NCBI RefSeq assembly: GCF_009834535.1
Contig: NC_045697.1
Span: 114,764,001-114,828,000 of the forward strand
Direction of reading: 5' to 3'
DNA: 64,000 nucleotides
From: Camelus ferus
Taxonomy: Eukaryota
In this document: one piece after another, positions 23,916 through 36,447 of the stretch
Layout of the letters: every line of letters starts with the position of its first letter
Numbering within the stretch: the first letter of the stretch is position 1
Notes under the pieces: generated by a model
What the model was told of the DNA's origin: nothing
What the model saw: only the letters and a program-made list of their open reading frames with translations
Database searches by the model: none
Made by a program: the position numbers and the translations under genes

Positions 23916-25106
23916 TTTTTTTTTATTGAAGTACAGTCAGTTTACAATGTTGTATCAATTTCTGGTGCACAGCATCATGTTTCAGTCATACATATACATA
24001 CATATATTCCTTTTCAAACTCTTTTTCATTAAAGGTTACTGCGAGGTATTGAATATAGTTCCCTGTGCTGTACAGCAGAAACTCGTTTATCTATTTTATA
24101 TTTAGTAGTTTGTATCTGCAAATCTCAAACTCTCAGTTTATCCCTTCACACCTCCTTTCCCCTCTGGCAACCATAAGTTTGTTCTCTATGTCTGAGAGTC
24201 TGTTTCTGTTTTGTAAATAAGTTCATTTGTGTGGGGCTTTTTTGTTTTTGTTTTTTAGATTCCACATATAATTGATATCATATGGTATTTTTCTTTCTCT
24301 TTCTGGCTTACTTCACTTAGTATGATGATCTCTAGGTCCATCCATGTTGTTGCAAATGGCATTATTTTATTCTTTTTCATGGCAGAGTAGTATTCTATTG
24401 TATAAATATACCACATATTCATTATCCAGAAATCTGTCCATGGACATTTAGGTTGTTTCCATGTCTTGGCTATTGTAAACAGTGCTGCTATGAAATTTGG
24501 GGTGCATGTATCTTTTTGAATTAGAGTTCCTTCTGGATATATACCCAGGAATTGGATTGCTGGATCATATGGTGAATCTATTTTTAGTCTTTTGAAAAAT
24601 CTCCATACTGTTTTCATAATGGCTGTACCAAACCACATTCCCACCAGTAGTGTAGGAGGGTTCCCTTTTCTCCACACCCTCTCCAGCATTTATTGTGTGT
24701 GGACTTCTGAATGATGGCAATTCTGACTGGTGTGAGGTGATACCTCATTGTAGTTTTGATTTCTCTGATAATTAGTGATACTGAGTATTTTTTCACTTGC
24801 CTATTGGTCATTTGTATGTCTTTGTTAGAGAATTGCTTGTTTAGGTCTTCTGCCCATTTTTGGATTGGGTTGTTGGTTTTTTATTATTAAGTTGTATGAG
24901 CTGTTTATATATTCTAGAAATTAAGCCCTTGTCAGTCTCACCTTTTGCAAATGTTTTCTCCCATTCTTTAGGTTGTCTTTTTGTTTTTGCTTATGGTTTC
25001 CTTTGTTGTGCAAAAGCTTATAAGTTTAATTAAGTCCTATTTGTTTATTTTTGCTTTTATTTCTATTGCATGGGTAGACTACCCTAGGAGAATATTGCTA
25101 AGGTTT
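23916..25106 (-). mobile_element. Young L1, 3' ~1.2 kb (ORF2 C-terminus + 3' UTR)
   Basis: ORFs 24255-24689 (...PYDPAIQFLGIYP...FIAALFTIAKTWKQPKCP...WYIYTIEYYSAMKKN) and 24614-24811 ([38 protein letters not shown]) are L1 ORF2p C-terminal sequence. Confidence 0.95.
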
Positions 25107-25249
25107 CTGACACTTGTTAAAATGAGGCCAATAAAATCCAGTTGTCCTTTCCATCCTTGGTGGGAAAAGACACCTGAAGGTAGTCCTCCTCAGCTCCGTT
25201 GAATATATACTCCATCTAACAATGTCTTTGATTAAAAAAAAGATGGTGG

Positions 25250-25251
25250 AA

Positions 25252-25282
<31 letters not shown>

Positions 25283-25287
25283 GAAAG

Positions 25288-25346
<59 letters not shown>

Positions 25347-25412
25347 GGAAGAAAGAAGGAAGAAAGAGGAAGAAAGAAGGAAGAAAAGAAACTAAGAAAA
25401 AGAAAGAAAGAA
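25250..25412 (+). repeat. Compound (GACA)n/(GAAA)n/(GAAGAAAGAG)n microsatellite
   Basis: Read directly from the sequence. Confidence 0.95.
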
Positions 25413-25478
25413 ATGCCTAAATGATAATTGCTTGATCAGCAGTGCTTTCTGTGAAAGTTCTTGATTAAGAGGGGAAAA

Positions 25479-25885
25479 TGTAAAAGGATTTAAATCCAGA
25501 ATTGAACTGGAGGATATAAAATGGAGCATCTCAAGCATGTGTTCTCAGACGAATGGAATTTAAGAGATTGATTTCCATTAAATGCCTGGTTTAGAGAAGA
25601 TTGAGATTTACCTCCTGACCCATGAACATCCACCAAGAAAATCTCTCCACCCTCAAGAATCTCTCTCCGCCCTCAAGCCTCAACTTACTGCTCGGACTCT
25701 GGCTGGACTCCCCACTCTTTGCCCTCCCTGCTTGTAGATACAGCCCAAATCAGACCCTCGGTGCACGTGCCGGTAACTCGCTACAGCACTTGTTTCTCAA
25801 ATCGCAATCCCTCTGCTATTCCCGAATGAGGTCAATTTCAGTTAATTTCACCTTGCCTCGGTTTACTGCTTTATTTAGGTCGACA
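25479..25885 (+). repeat. 3' LTR of provirus
   Basis: PPT immediately upstream; tgtaaaagg...aggtcgaca followed by atat. Confidence 0.85.
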
Positions 25886-26789
25886 ATATCGATACCATTA
25901 GATTAAAATACATTTTAATTAAGGTATTTGCATCATGTTTAAAAATTAAGAAATAAAGATATACTCAAATGAAATCTTTTAACTGACTTACAAAAGTTTC
26001 AGGCATTCATATTAAGTAGTCGCAATCATTCTCCCTTCAGGCAGATGACACACGTGCATAAGGTAAGGATGAAGTTTCAGTGGTAAAAGAAAAGGGATTT
26101 TTGCCAATTCAAGAATAAAAGAATAAAATGTTTATTAAAGTTAAATAAAGTCAATGTGGAATTTAAAAAATAAAAATGTGCGGGGGCCAGATGATGGAAG
26201 ATATGAAAGATTTTTTTTGTTTTCAAATTAATGAAACATCATTCCAGTGATATTTACTCATTGGCAAAGCTATTGCTTACCATTTTAAGTTTCAGTGATC
26301 ACAGATTGTTAACGTAGAGTTGAAGTGGCCATCTAATTGTCTAACCTAGCTAGCAAATTGTTTCCACTGTAGGTCTGTATTTGCCAAAATAACTGGTGTA
26401 ATTTTTTACCTCACATGGCGTATTTCATCATTTTGTTCTCTTTAGGTAATTAAACTCAGTTTTAGATGGCATTAGAGTTAAATTATGTTAGTAATTATAC
26501 TATAATGAAAAAACCCCAGGCTATTGATCCAAGGGTATTTGTAGCTTCTTTTATTCGGTGTACAGTTTGAAACATCATTTATTACCGCCTGAGGCCAGCA
26601 TTGGTAAAATGAAAGCTCTGAACTTAGGATATCCATTAAGAAGATCCTTTGGGGACCTGAAGAGCTGTCTTCAATCTTTGTCCTAAGATCATAGTTAAAC
26701 ACACTAATGAAGAAAATGGATTCTTTCTTCAGGTTAATTCAAATACAAGTGTTTTTTTTTGTTTGTTTGTTTTTTTCCAAATAAGTAAT

Positions 26790-26995
26790 TAGAGGTGAAG
26801 AAAAGAACAAAGAAAATAAGAAAGAGGAAGAAAACAAGGAAAAAAAAGGAGAAAGGAGGGGAGGAAGGAGTTAAGAAAGAGGAAGAGGAGTGTAAATAGA
26901 AGAAGGAGATGACAGAAATAGAAACACTGGAAACTGATGAGGAGGGGGAGGGGAGGGGACAGAGGTGGTGGAGGAGGAAAAGGAGAAGGGGAAAG
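26790..26995 (+). repeat. Polypurine low-complexity tract
   Basis: ~200 nt of almost only A/G. Confidence 0.8.
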
Positions 26996-27429
26996 CTAAG
27001 CTTTTTTTTTTTTCTTATGAGGTGAGAACACTCAATTGAAAAGCATTTTGAATTTTTTTAAGGTTAGCCAAAGTACCAATTTATTAGACAATGTGCTTTT
27101 TCTAGATAAATGAATGCATACAAATGGCTGCTTAATTATAGTAGTTCAAAATGCCTATTTTCAAAGGGCATGCACATTTGCAAATGAAGATAGACTCTCA
27201 GAAATTCCATTTCAGATAAATGACTAGTTCACGTAATAGCCAAACACATCTCCTTCTTTTTTGCTTGTGCTTATTCGTCTGTTCATATTGGCTGATGGCA
27301 ACACGTTTTACAGCTCAAAGTGTATGAAAACTTATACTTTGGTAAACAATATTCATCAACCCCTAAATTACTGTCATTTTAGTTCATAGACTTCCACAAG
27401 ATGTCAGTCATAACAGTGCAAGTTTATCC

Positions 27430-27640
27430 TTTAATGTGAGCTCATGAGGAACAGGACCTTAAACATCCAGATGCTTGAACAATGGCCAGGGCATAATCAC
27501 TGAGTGAATAGTTGTTAAATGAGTGAATGATTGGGAGGAAAGATACAGCTCGCGGCATGCACAAGGTCCTGGGTTCAATCCCCAGAACCTCCGTTAAAAA
27601 AATAAATATATAAATGAATGATAGTATAAGTAACTGAATG
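27430..27640 (+). mobile_element. L2 3' end with an internally deleted tRNA-derived SINE (27533-27611) inserted in its tail
   Basis: tgtgagctcatgaggaacaggacc...gttgttaaatgagtgaatga; SINE gcatgcacaaggtcctgggttcaatcccc lacks part of the head; TSD tgaatgat. Confidence 0.7.
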
Positions 27641-29142
27641 CAAGGGAGGAAGAAAATGAGGCAGGAACAGAGTTCTATGTCCTTTTATCCACGGAGTATG
27701 GTATATTTCGTATGTATTACTTTGGTAGAAATACCATCAACCGCATGATGCTGCTGTGATTTTTATACTTATTGATTATAGCATCTTTAAAAGATAAGCT
27801 TCAATGTCTCAAAGATGGCAGTAGAGAAAATTAGAATTATAGAAATTACTGATATCGAAGTCAAGCATTTTTCCAAACGTGGGATGACTTAGAATCTGTG
27901 ATTTCACAGTTCCCATCATTGTTAATTAATTTCAAATAATGAATGAGTAGCAAACCTGTAGACGTTGAAATGGTCAGTTAGTAAATCAAATGTTGAACAT
28001 TCTGTACGAAAGCGCAAAATCTGCAAGCGATGACAGAAGTCTGAATCATGAAGCAAACCGTCACGGCTGACACAACGGTTTTGCTTGAAGGCTCATTCTT
28101 TGCCGTATGTGTAAAGTGTAAAATTATATTTTAGGTCATTAGTATTTTTAAAGAAAGGACTTCTATTTTTCCCCACAACAGACTACTTAACTGAAGATGT
28201 CAGCAGATGACATTTTATTCAGGCCACTGTCCTTGCAAACCATTAAGTTTAACCTCAGTAGCCTTTTCTTCTTGTTAGAAAGTTATGAGTTCATTAAATG
28301 TCATATTTAGTCAATGACATTCCTAATCAGTGGTATTTCTAGTTAGAACATCAACACAGAGGCCACTGACTACGATTACTGTGATCAATTTTGAATTTTT
28401 CTCACAAACATAACTTTAAACTCCAAGTTACAGTTTAAAAAAATGCATAAAATAATTATGAAGACAGTTGTTGTCATCTAATTTTGCTTTCACTCGTTGG
28501 CCCAAGATAAAAAGTCACACCAATTATCCTCGCCTTCCATTCTTCCAGATGATGGGCAATAATATAAATCATTCCAGTGGGTAGCTGCTAGCATTCTTGT
28601 GATTTAGGAGGAGATTGATGGCCGGGGTCTTTTTCCTTTTTTGATACTCACATATTCTGGGCATTACTTTTTGTCTACCTAAATGTTAAAAAGTAACAAA
28701 AACAAATGCTTTTGGTGATATGATGAAGCCAGAGGCTGCAGAGGGGCTTTTGACCTGATGGTCCCCTTCCCATCAGCCTGGGCTCCCTGGCACAGACCTA
28801 ACCAGCTTGCAGCACTGAGTTTCTAGGTTTTTCTGCATTTTTTTTTTTATCTCTCTGTTACTTTTCATGTAGGGCAGTAAAGGAGGAGGGCAGCCTTTCC
28901 TCAGTTTGTTCTTAAATAATCCCAAGATAATAACTAGAAGATAAATTAAAAATACACATCCAACATATAGTTTGAATCTGAATGTAAAATAAAAAGAAAT
29001 TCAGAATAACTGTAGTTAATTTTGATTTTTTTCCCTAGAATAAGGAAAATAGACCAATAAAACACAAAATTAAACTTGCTTTCAAAAGTTCTCTCTTCAG
29101 AAGAATATTTTCTCCCCTTCGTACCTGGCTTTACTGTGTGTG

Positions 29143-29960
29143 TCAGTTGGGCACAGCCCCACCTGAAACTTCTGGATATATTATCCCAGATTTTAGATGT
29201 TTTTGTAGTAGGGTCCAGCATGGAAGAAATATGAAGGGAATAAGGACACTCTTCACCCTTTTCATCCTGTCTGGCACAGACTGTATAAGACAGGGTGCGT
29301 GAGTGATGCACACACCCGCTCCTGTATAGCAAGGAGATAGCACTAAGGAACATAGTTCACATATGTCACATAGTCCCACTTCTGTGAGTTCCTGTTCCCA
29401 GTTCATAGACTCGCTCCCTCTCCTTCACATTTTGCTTCTTTTTCTCTCTGGCTTCTTTTTCTAAATGTCTTCATGTGCATTATCAACTGCCTTTCCTGAA
29501 ATCCGTCCAGTAAATAATGGACACAAGTTGTTTGAAAACCATACTTGTGCTCAGTGCACCCACACCAAAGGTCTGAGTCCTTCAGTCTAGATTAATACCT
29601 TCTGGGAGTGGAAGCCCTCAGAAGAGTCCAGATCAGTCGCTCTTAGTACAATGCATGATCATGAGTTTTAAACTTTGGGAACACTTTGCTGTCCACCTGC
29701 TGGGGTAGCATCCTTGATGTGAGTCTTGAGAACATTTTTATCTACTCTTTGGCTGATAAGGTGAGTTCTTTTGTTACGGGAAATAATAAGTTGTCTAAGA
29801 ATGATTTTCAAAGCCATTTCTATCAGCGGCCAAATTGATATTTTGATTGAGAGATGATGCCTGTCATTATTGCTCAATTGTTTCAAACTTAGTTGAACTT
29901 GGTGATCTCACAGAGGAAACCTCTGTCCCCAAATTAGAAAGTTTACACTCATGACATTGA
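29143..29960 (-). pseudogene. Highly degraded olfactory receptor pseudogene (class II-like)
   Basis: Collinear motifs across frameshifts: NVMSVNFLIWG (29926-29958; cf. NxTxVxEFxLLG), GII (29853-61), SFLD (29793-804), GC (29708-13), TAKC (29681-92; cf. TAEC), HDH (29655-63; cf. YDR), SQKV (29596-607), W..G..H..QTT (29567-29526), LSAISLLYRSG (29315-47; cf. LTAVSLFYGSG), RQDEK, VKSV/YSL, MLDP (29210-21; cf. MLNP). Confidence 0.6.
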
Positions 29961-31271
29961 AAAGGGAAATTAAAAAAAAAAAAAAATACTATGCCCCAAG
30001 GCTGACCAAAGGGATCATGATTTATGTGACAAAAGGTAAATCCAGATGGAAAAATACAGTATCTCATTATTTATGAAATAAAACACCAGAGAGGCTTGGA
30101 ATTATTATAATATGCTATAAAGAATGAATCAAGATACAGTAGCTTTTGCTCTCCTTTTAAAAGAACATTATTATGATTTATTAGCAGAAATATGAAGATA
30201 TTTTGGAAACTAGGAAAAATGATTATCTATGGGGGAAAGTTTAGATGTAGAAAAGGGTTCAAGTTAGATTTCTCACTATACAGTTTGTATTCGACCACAT
30301 TAATGTTATATGGTAGATATAACATTACATTTAACTGAAAAAAATAACTAAAATACATTAATCATATCAAAGTGGCCCTGTATTGAGATTTAATTTCCTT
30401 CCACATACACATTTTTTATCTGTATGCCTTTGTTTATGCTTTTAATTCTACTATTATTTAAAGCATTTCTTCAAAGACTTGATTGCTTGTTCAGAAAGCA
30501 ACCCCTATTTAATTATTCCTGTAATGGGGATGCTTTTTATTATTTATCACAATACTTAAGACCAATTTGTATTTTCCTTGTTATAACAAAGATTTTCTGT
30601 GCATAACTTCGTTTTCTTAAAATAAATTGCAATTGAAAGTATTTTGATCTGCTTTTGGATATACCAGGATTTTAAATGCAGAGAACATCTAACATATGCA
30701 GATGACTGGAACAGAGAAATAGGAGGAGCAATCTATTGGCATTGATTTTGAAACTGGAGAGAATCTGAGATCCAAAGAATAGCAGATGCAACATCACTTT
30801 AGCTTTGTTTTTTGTTTTCTGCATTTTTATGAGTTTCTCAGTGCAATATTTGCATAATAACTTCTCAGAGTTTTACGTTTTCCTCAATCTCATGTTTTTT
30901 CTACAAAATACTTTGCCATCAGAGTGACCATTACAAACTACTTTTTGAATGTGCCAAAGGAACATCATTTAGAAAGGTCCCTCGGGCACTGGAGTGCTCT
31001 CCTCTGACCTTTTAAGATAATTTGATAAGATTTCCTACTTGCCACTTATTGCATTTATTCTTTTTTCTCTTTTATTCAATCCAAGATCAGTTTCAAACTA
31101 CCAGTCAATTCCAGAACTCTTAAGATCTGCTAAATAAAAGGCCCACACAGTAAATAGAGTTGACATTGCAGTGACATACTGGGTATTGTTACACTGAAAT
31201 TTAGGAGTAGTTATTGATCAAGCATGAAGAAACATGTTTGTTAAGCTCATCAACAGCTAGGTACAATTTCT

Positions 31272-31319
<48 letters not shown>

Positions 31320-31805
31320 TTGTAGTTTCCAGAATTATTTTCTTCAACTTTGTGCATGTGATTTTTTTAAAAAAGGAAAATAAAGACCTTGTTAATAGGT
31401 GCAGTTATGTTTATGTGGTTTTTTTTAAAAAAGAAAAGAAAAACTTCGTTAATAGGAGCAGCTGTGCACTTAACAGATGTCCATTAGAGGCACTTTGCGC
31501 AGTGGTAGATTCGATGTTAATTTTTTGTTTTTCATTTTGGAGTAAATTTGGTAACTAATGTTTTAGTGACAAGTCAGATGATGTATTTTAAGGATTCTTT
31601 CTGAGTCTGTATGCTGGCTATGTATAGAATTAGACATGTCCAGGAAGTGTAATGAAGTCTGATGGGAACAGAGTATCATTTTGTTTCTAATTCATGTTCC
31701 TAAAGCAAGCCCTGGGCTTACATACTTCCATGGGTAGAAAATGGTGATTATCTTATTTGCTTCGGTTGTGATGCTGTAGCTTATCTCAGTTATGGGACCA
31801 AGTAG

Positions 31806-31823
31806 ACACACACACACCCCCAC

Positions 31824-31867
<44 letters not shown>
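31806..31867 (+). repeat. (CA)n microsatellite
   Basis: Read directly; one interruption. Confidence 0.95.
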
Positions 31868-31868
<1 letters not shown>

Positions 31869-33074
31869 GCATGTTAATTTCATTCACATTAAAGGAGAGT
31901 ATTTTCAAATATTAAGAATCATTATTTGTTTTCCTCAAAAATTTATATACTTGGTGTGATTCTGGTTCCTTCTTTAACTAATGATTTTATTTATTTCACG
32001 AGAAGATAGGTAGTTTAAATCTCGCTATTATGCAAATATATTACATTTCCTAAAACCGAATAGCATACCACGGTTAAACTTCAGTAATTACGTTGCAGTG
32101 GCTGAAGTATATAAGTAAGGAGGTCTAGTAAACAGGAAAAAGGCAGATCAAAGCAGCGTGAGATTATCTGCAGTGTGAGGGACAGTCTGTCCAGGCTCAC
32201 TACAGTCGTGTAATAATAAATTTGTTGTTTACTACCCATTATATACACTTACACACAAAGTAATCAAAATCAATTTATCCCTGACAAGAAAAGTAAATAT
32301 GTGGTCTTTATCCAGCTATTTTTATAAGTGACTAACTATTGAGAAATGAGAAATCAGGTAGTAAGAGAGATGAAATAAATGAATCAAAGAAGGTTCAACA
32401 GAGATATACAACATATATACTAAATCACCTGTAATACATCTTTTAAAAGAAGCATACAATAGATGTTAGCAATAAAGTGCTGTAAAGTTAGAGATGGGGT
32501 GACATTGTTTGCGACAGTCTGGGCCATATGAGAAGCAGTAACTTACTTTTTTCACCATGTTGGTATCGAAATCTCCCCTCTGTTTTAATCAGTGATTCAA
32601 ATTTGTGTGTGAAGATTTTCTTCAGGTAACTCTGTGATTACAAAATATTTATAGTCTCTGCTCCACATTTTGTCTACTGCTTTGTAGAAGCAAAAGCTCA
32701 AAACTGTTAGAGTGACTTCAAAATATAGCTATGGCTTTCACAGTTTTGTGTGTATTGTAAAACATTGCACACAAGTACATTGCATAAACGTCCAGCATAT
32801 AACGTACTGTGAGGGGGGGGTGAAGTGAAGATTTTCTAATATGGGAGAAAAAAAGATGTTTATAAATGGTTACGGTGTAGTATATGTGTTCTGCTCTCAG
32901 TTCTTGAATTACATTGAATTAACTCCAATCTAGAATGTGGAATTTTAAATTGATGGTGTCAGGGAATGAAAATTCAAAATGCTTTGAGGTGGTAAAGCGT
33001 AATAACTAGATACATTTGTATCAGCTATCTTGATCAAATACGTTGGATTGATCATTCTTGGGCCAGTTTAAAAG

Positions 33075-33230
33075 ACTTTGATCACTTTATTTTACTTCTC
33101 AAAACCTTACTTTCATCATTTATAAAATGAAGATGACAATTCTTCACAGAATTGAGGTTAACAGTGTATAAGATAAAAATGTAGAGGTAATAATATCATA
33201 AGGCCATTTAAATATACACATTACTCATTT
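33075..33230 (+). mobile_element. MIR remnant
   Basis: aaccttactttcatcatttataaaatgaagatgacaattcttcacagaattgaggtt resembles the MIR core. Confidence 0.55.
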
Positions 33231-33459
33231 TAGATAATGGAAGGGAACCCATAAAATAGAAATCTGCATGAAATCATTTATTATTTAGAAATATAAGTGA
33301 AAACTTAGGGAAATACTAGTATCATAGATTCAACAAGTTGGCAAGGTATATAGATAAATTTGAATTTTGTTTAATGATGCACCATGGAATTAGTATAGTT
33401 GGTAACTAAAGGATTCTGCTTTGTCTGTTTCTGATAATGTGTTTATAATTCTCTAGGAC

Positions 33460-33625
33460 ATCACTTCTTTAAGTGCTGTAATGACCTCCGTTTGGAATAT
33501 TTATTAAAAGTACAGATTCACATGCCTCAAGTCGTGCCTGTGGAATCAGATTTTCTAAGAGTAGGACCCTGAAATTTGCATTTTTACCAAATATGCCTTA
33601 CATACAATAATCATTGAAAATCCTT
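33460..33625. mobile_element. MER5A-like MITE remnant
   Basis: aaagtacagattc...ggaatcagattttctaagagtaggaccctgaaatttgcatttttacca. Confidence 0.6.
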
Positions 33626-33907
33626 TCATTAGAATGCTATATCTGAGAACTCTAGCAGAACCACTTAGAGAGGATTAAAAAAAAAAAAAGATAAAATGCA
33701 TGCCTTCTTGGTGACATCACTAAGAAAATTAGATTAGGTTCTGTGAACATTACTTTACTCAGTAGCTACTTCCTGAAAGCACCCTGATATTGTTTAAGGG
33801 AATGGTTTGGTCTCCTTTGAATTCAATCTAGGGCACACATAAAATATGACTGAAGTTAGAATAATCACATGCTTCCTCCTGAATTTGAATCTTGACCTGA
33901 AAAGAAT

Positions 33908-34743
33908 CACCTCACACCAGTAAGAATGGCCATCATTAAAAAGTCCACAAGTGATAAACGCTGGAGAGGGTGTCGAGAAAAGGGAATCCTCCTAAACTGT
34001 TGGTGGGAGTGTTATTTGGTGCAGTCACTATGAAAACAGTATGGAGATTCCTTAAAAAACTAAGAAAACAGTATGGAGATTACTTAAAAAACTAAAAAAA
34101 CAGTATGAAGATTCCCTAAAAAACTAAAAACAGACTTAACATATGATCCAGCAAACCCACTCATGAGCATATATCTGGAGAAAACTCTACTTCAAAAAGA
34201 TACATGCACCCCAATACATGCACCTAAATGTCCATCAACAGATGACTGGATAAAAAAGCTGTGGTATATTTATGGAATGGTATACTACTCAGCCACAAAA
34301 AGAATAAAATAATGCCATTTGCAGCAACATGGATGAACTGGAGAATGTCATTCTAAGTGAAGTAAGCCAGAAAGAGAAAGAAAAATACCATATGATATCA
34401 CTTGTATGTGGAATCTAAAAAGAAAAAAAAGACACAAATGAACTCATTTACAAACCAGAAACAGATTTACAGACATAGAAAACAAACTTATGGTTACCAA
34501 AGGGGAAATGGTGGGGGAGGGATAAATTAGGAGCTTGGGACTAGCAGATACAAGCTACTATATATAAAATAAACAATAAGGTCTTCCTGTATAGCACAGG
34601 GAACTATATTCAATATCTTATAATAACATATAATGAAAAAGAATATATATGCATAACTGAATCACTTTGTTGTACACCAGAATTTAGCACAATATTGTAA
34701 ATCAAATATACTTCAATAAAAAATAAATTCATAAGAATTTTTA
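33908..34743 (+). mobile_element. Young L1 3' fragment with TSD
   Basis: Begins cacctcacaccagtaagaatggccatcattaaaaagtcc; ends in aataaa + A-rich tail; TSD aaaagaat at 33900-33907 and 34744-34751. Confidence 0.95.
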
Positions 34744-36283
34744 AAAAGAATTAGAATGCTTAGCACACCTGCTGTTCTGGTGGTGGCTTCTTACAGGCTG
34801 GCTTCTGCCGTGAGGCTGCTGTGAACACTCCTACTTCTCAGTCTCTGCAGTGAAGCTGGATGCTCTTCGTTTCCAAATCTCTTCCCCGGATATTTATCAG
34901 GTTTGTGAGGGCTCAATCTATTTTACTTAGACAAGTTGATTTCTGTTGCTTAGAGCCAAAAACAAGCAAATAAGAAGAAGAAAATAAACTAATGACAGAT
35001 GTCCTTGTAAGAAGGGGATACAGTTGGGGAGATGTGAGGGATTTTTGAAGAATGGGGCCTATGGTGGCGAAAATCTGTTCAAATTCAGAAAAAAAAAGTC
35101 CTGGCCACTGTGGTACCCCATGATAGAACAACTAATGAAGCTATTGCTGATGGTGTCTGTGGCACGGCAGGTCAGTCCCTGGGGAGATCACAGAGCTGTT
35201 GTATTGTGAACGGTGTGCAGGAGTCGAGAACTGTTGTGTGCATGTGACAGTTTTTATGACACTTAAAGAGAAAGAGTGATGAATAGCAATCTCTGAATTC
35301 TCATTTCAAGGAATGACCTGAAACTATGCCTGTGTCGAAAGAATCTTCTATTTTCACTCACAGCCCTGTGGTAGCTGAAAAATAAACTTGGAGTTGGCTG
35401 ATTTATATTATCAACTCAATTCATATCCTTAGTGTTCTCTCATGTGAAACTTGGGGAACTGATGGAAGAGCAAGACCCTTGTCATTAGTTTGGAGCTGCA
35501 GGAGAGGGTGTAAAGGATTCAAGCATCCCTAAATATGAAGACCTGTGAAGGCTCCCAATGATCTTCCCTTTTCCTGCAAATCAGCTCATTCCTGTTACCT
35601 AATAATACCATTTCTCTCTTGTTTGGACATGATTCACTCCCTTGCCAAACTGGAGACTCTCTCTTGCTTTAGAAAGTCAATAACATCCCATGACCCCTTG
35701 CCACTGGCACCAGGCCAGTATGGAAACCCCCCTTTTATGGAGAATCAGTGACATTTAAGGGTATTTTATTGTCATTTCTAATGAGATCAATGCTTCTAAA
35801 ATGTTTTACGACCAATCAAAATCCAATTAGTTCTTTTTCTGAGAACTTTATCTTTTCAGTGTTCTTAAATTTATGATAAATGTGGATGTAGCTACTAGGT
35901 CCAACCCATCATTCCATATCCATCTAAAGCGCTTGTATCTGGATGGCTCTGTAATATCCCAACTTGGCTAGGCTGGACCACGAGGCAGGACCACCCTTCT
36001 TTAACAATGTCTGGATATAGCTGGCTACAAGAAGCATTTTGCACATGCTTTAAGACGCAGGAGTGGGACACTCACGTTGAGCAGAGGAACCACATGCTGT
36101 CAAGCCTCACCCACAATGTCTATTATTTGCTGGATCACTTTATTTATCTAAAGAAGATTGTTCCAGTTCCAACACAAGTTGATATAAAGAGTCTCCCTTT
36201 TAGGGATTCCCAAAATGACCTTCAGCCGTTTGCACGAGTCATGGTGCACTGAATAAGGTGGGACATGAAAAATTTTCAAGGCT

Positions 36284-36447
36284 GGGGGGAGGGTAGAGCT
36301 CAGTGGTAGAGTGTGTGCTTAGCATGCACAAGGTCCTGGGTTCAGACCACGCTACTGCCATTAAAAAATAAATAAATAAACCTAACTGCCCCCTCTCCCC
36401 CAAAAATAAAGGATATAAAATTAAGTAATAGGATTTTTAAATTAAAA
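36284..36447 (+). mobile_element. tRNA-Ala-derived SINE in the ERVL protease region
   Basis: ggggggagggtagagctcagtggtagagtgtgtgcttagcatgcacaaggtcctgggttca; TSD ...tttcaagg/tttcaggg. Confidence 0.9.

Larger units (their letters stand above)
19408..25885 (+). mobile_element. Two-LTR class I (ERV1, MER4-group-like) provirus, non-autonomous and degraded
   Basis: 5' LTR 19408-19785, 3' LTR 25479-25885, ATAT TSD on both flanks, degenerate tRNA-Leu-like PBS (agaaagtgggatc ~19798-19810), splice donor ttggtgagt ~19925, PPT aagaggggaaaa before 25479, gag remnants. Confidence 0.85.

Noticed and set aside
24255..24811. 144-aa and 65-aa ORFs as a host gene
   Set aside because: They are the frameshifted C-terminus of L1 ORF2p in a truncated copy.
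28051..28086. miR-451 (aaaccgt)
   Set aside because: Only the first 7 nt match; the rest and the miR-144 context are absent.
34033..34128. CRISPR-like 32-bp repeats
   Set aside because: Head-to-tail with no spacers, inside an L1, in a mammalian genome.
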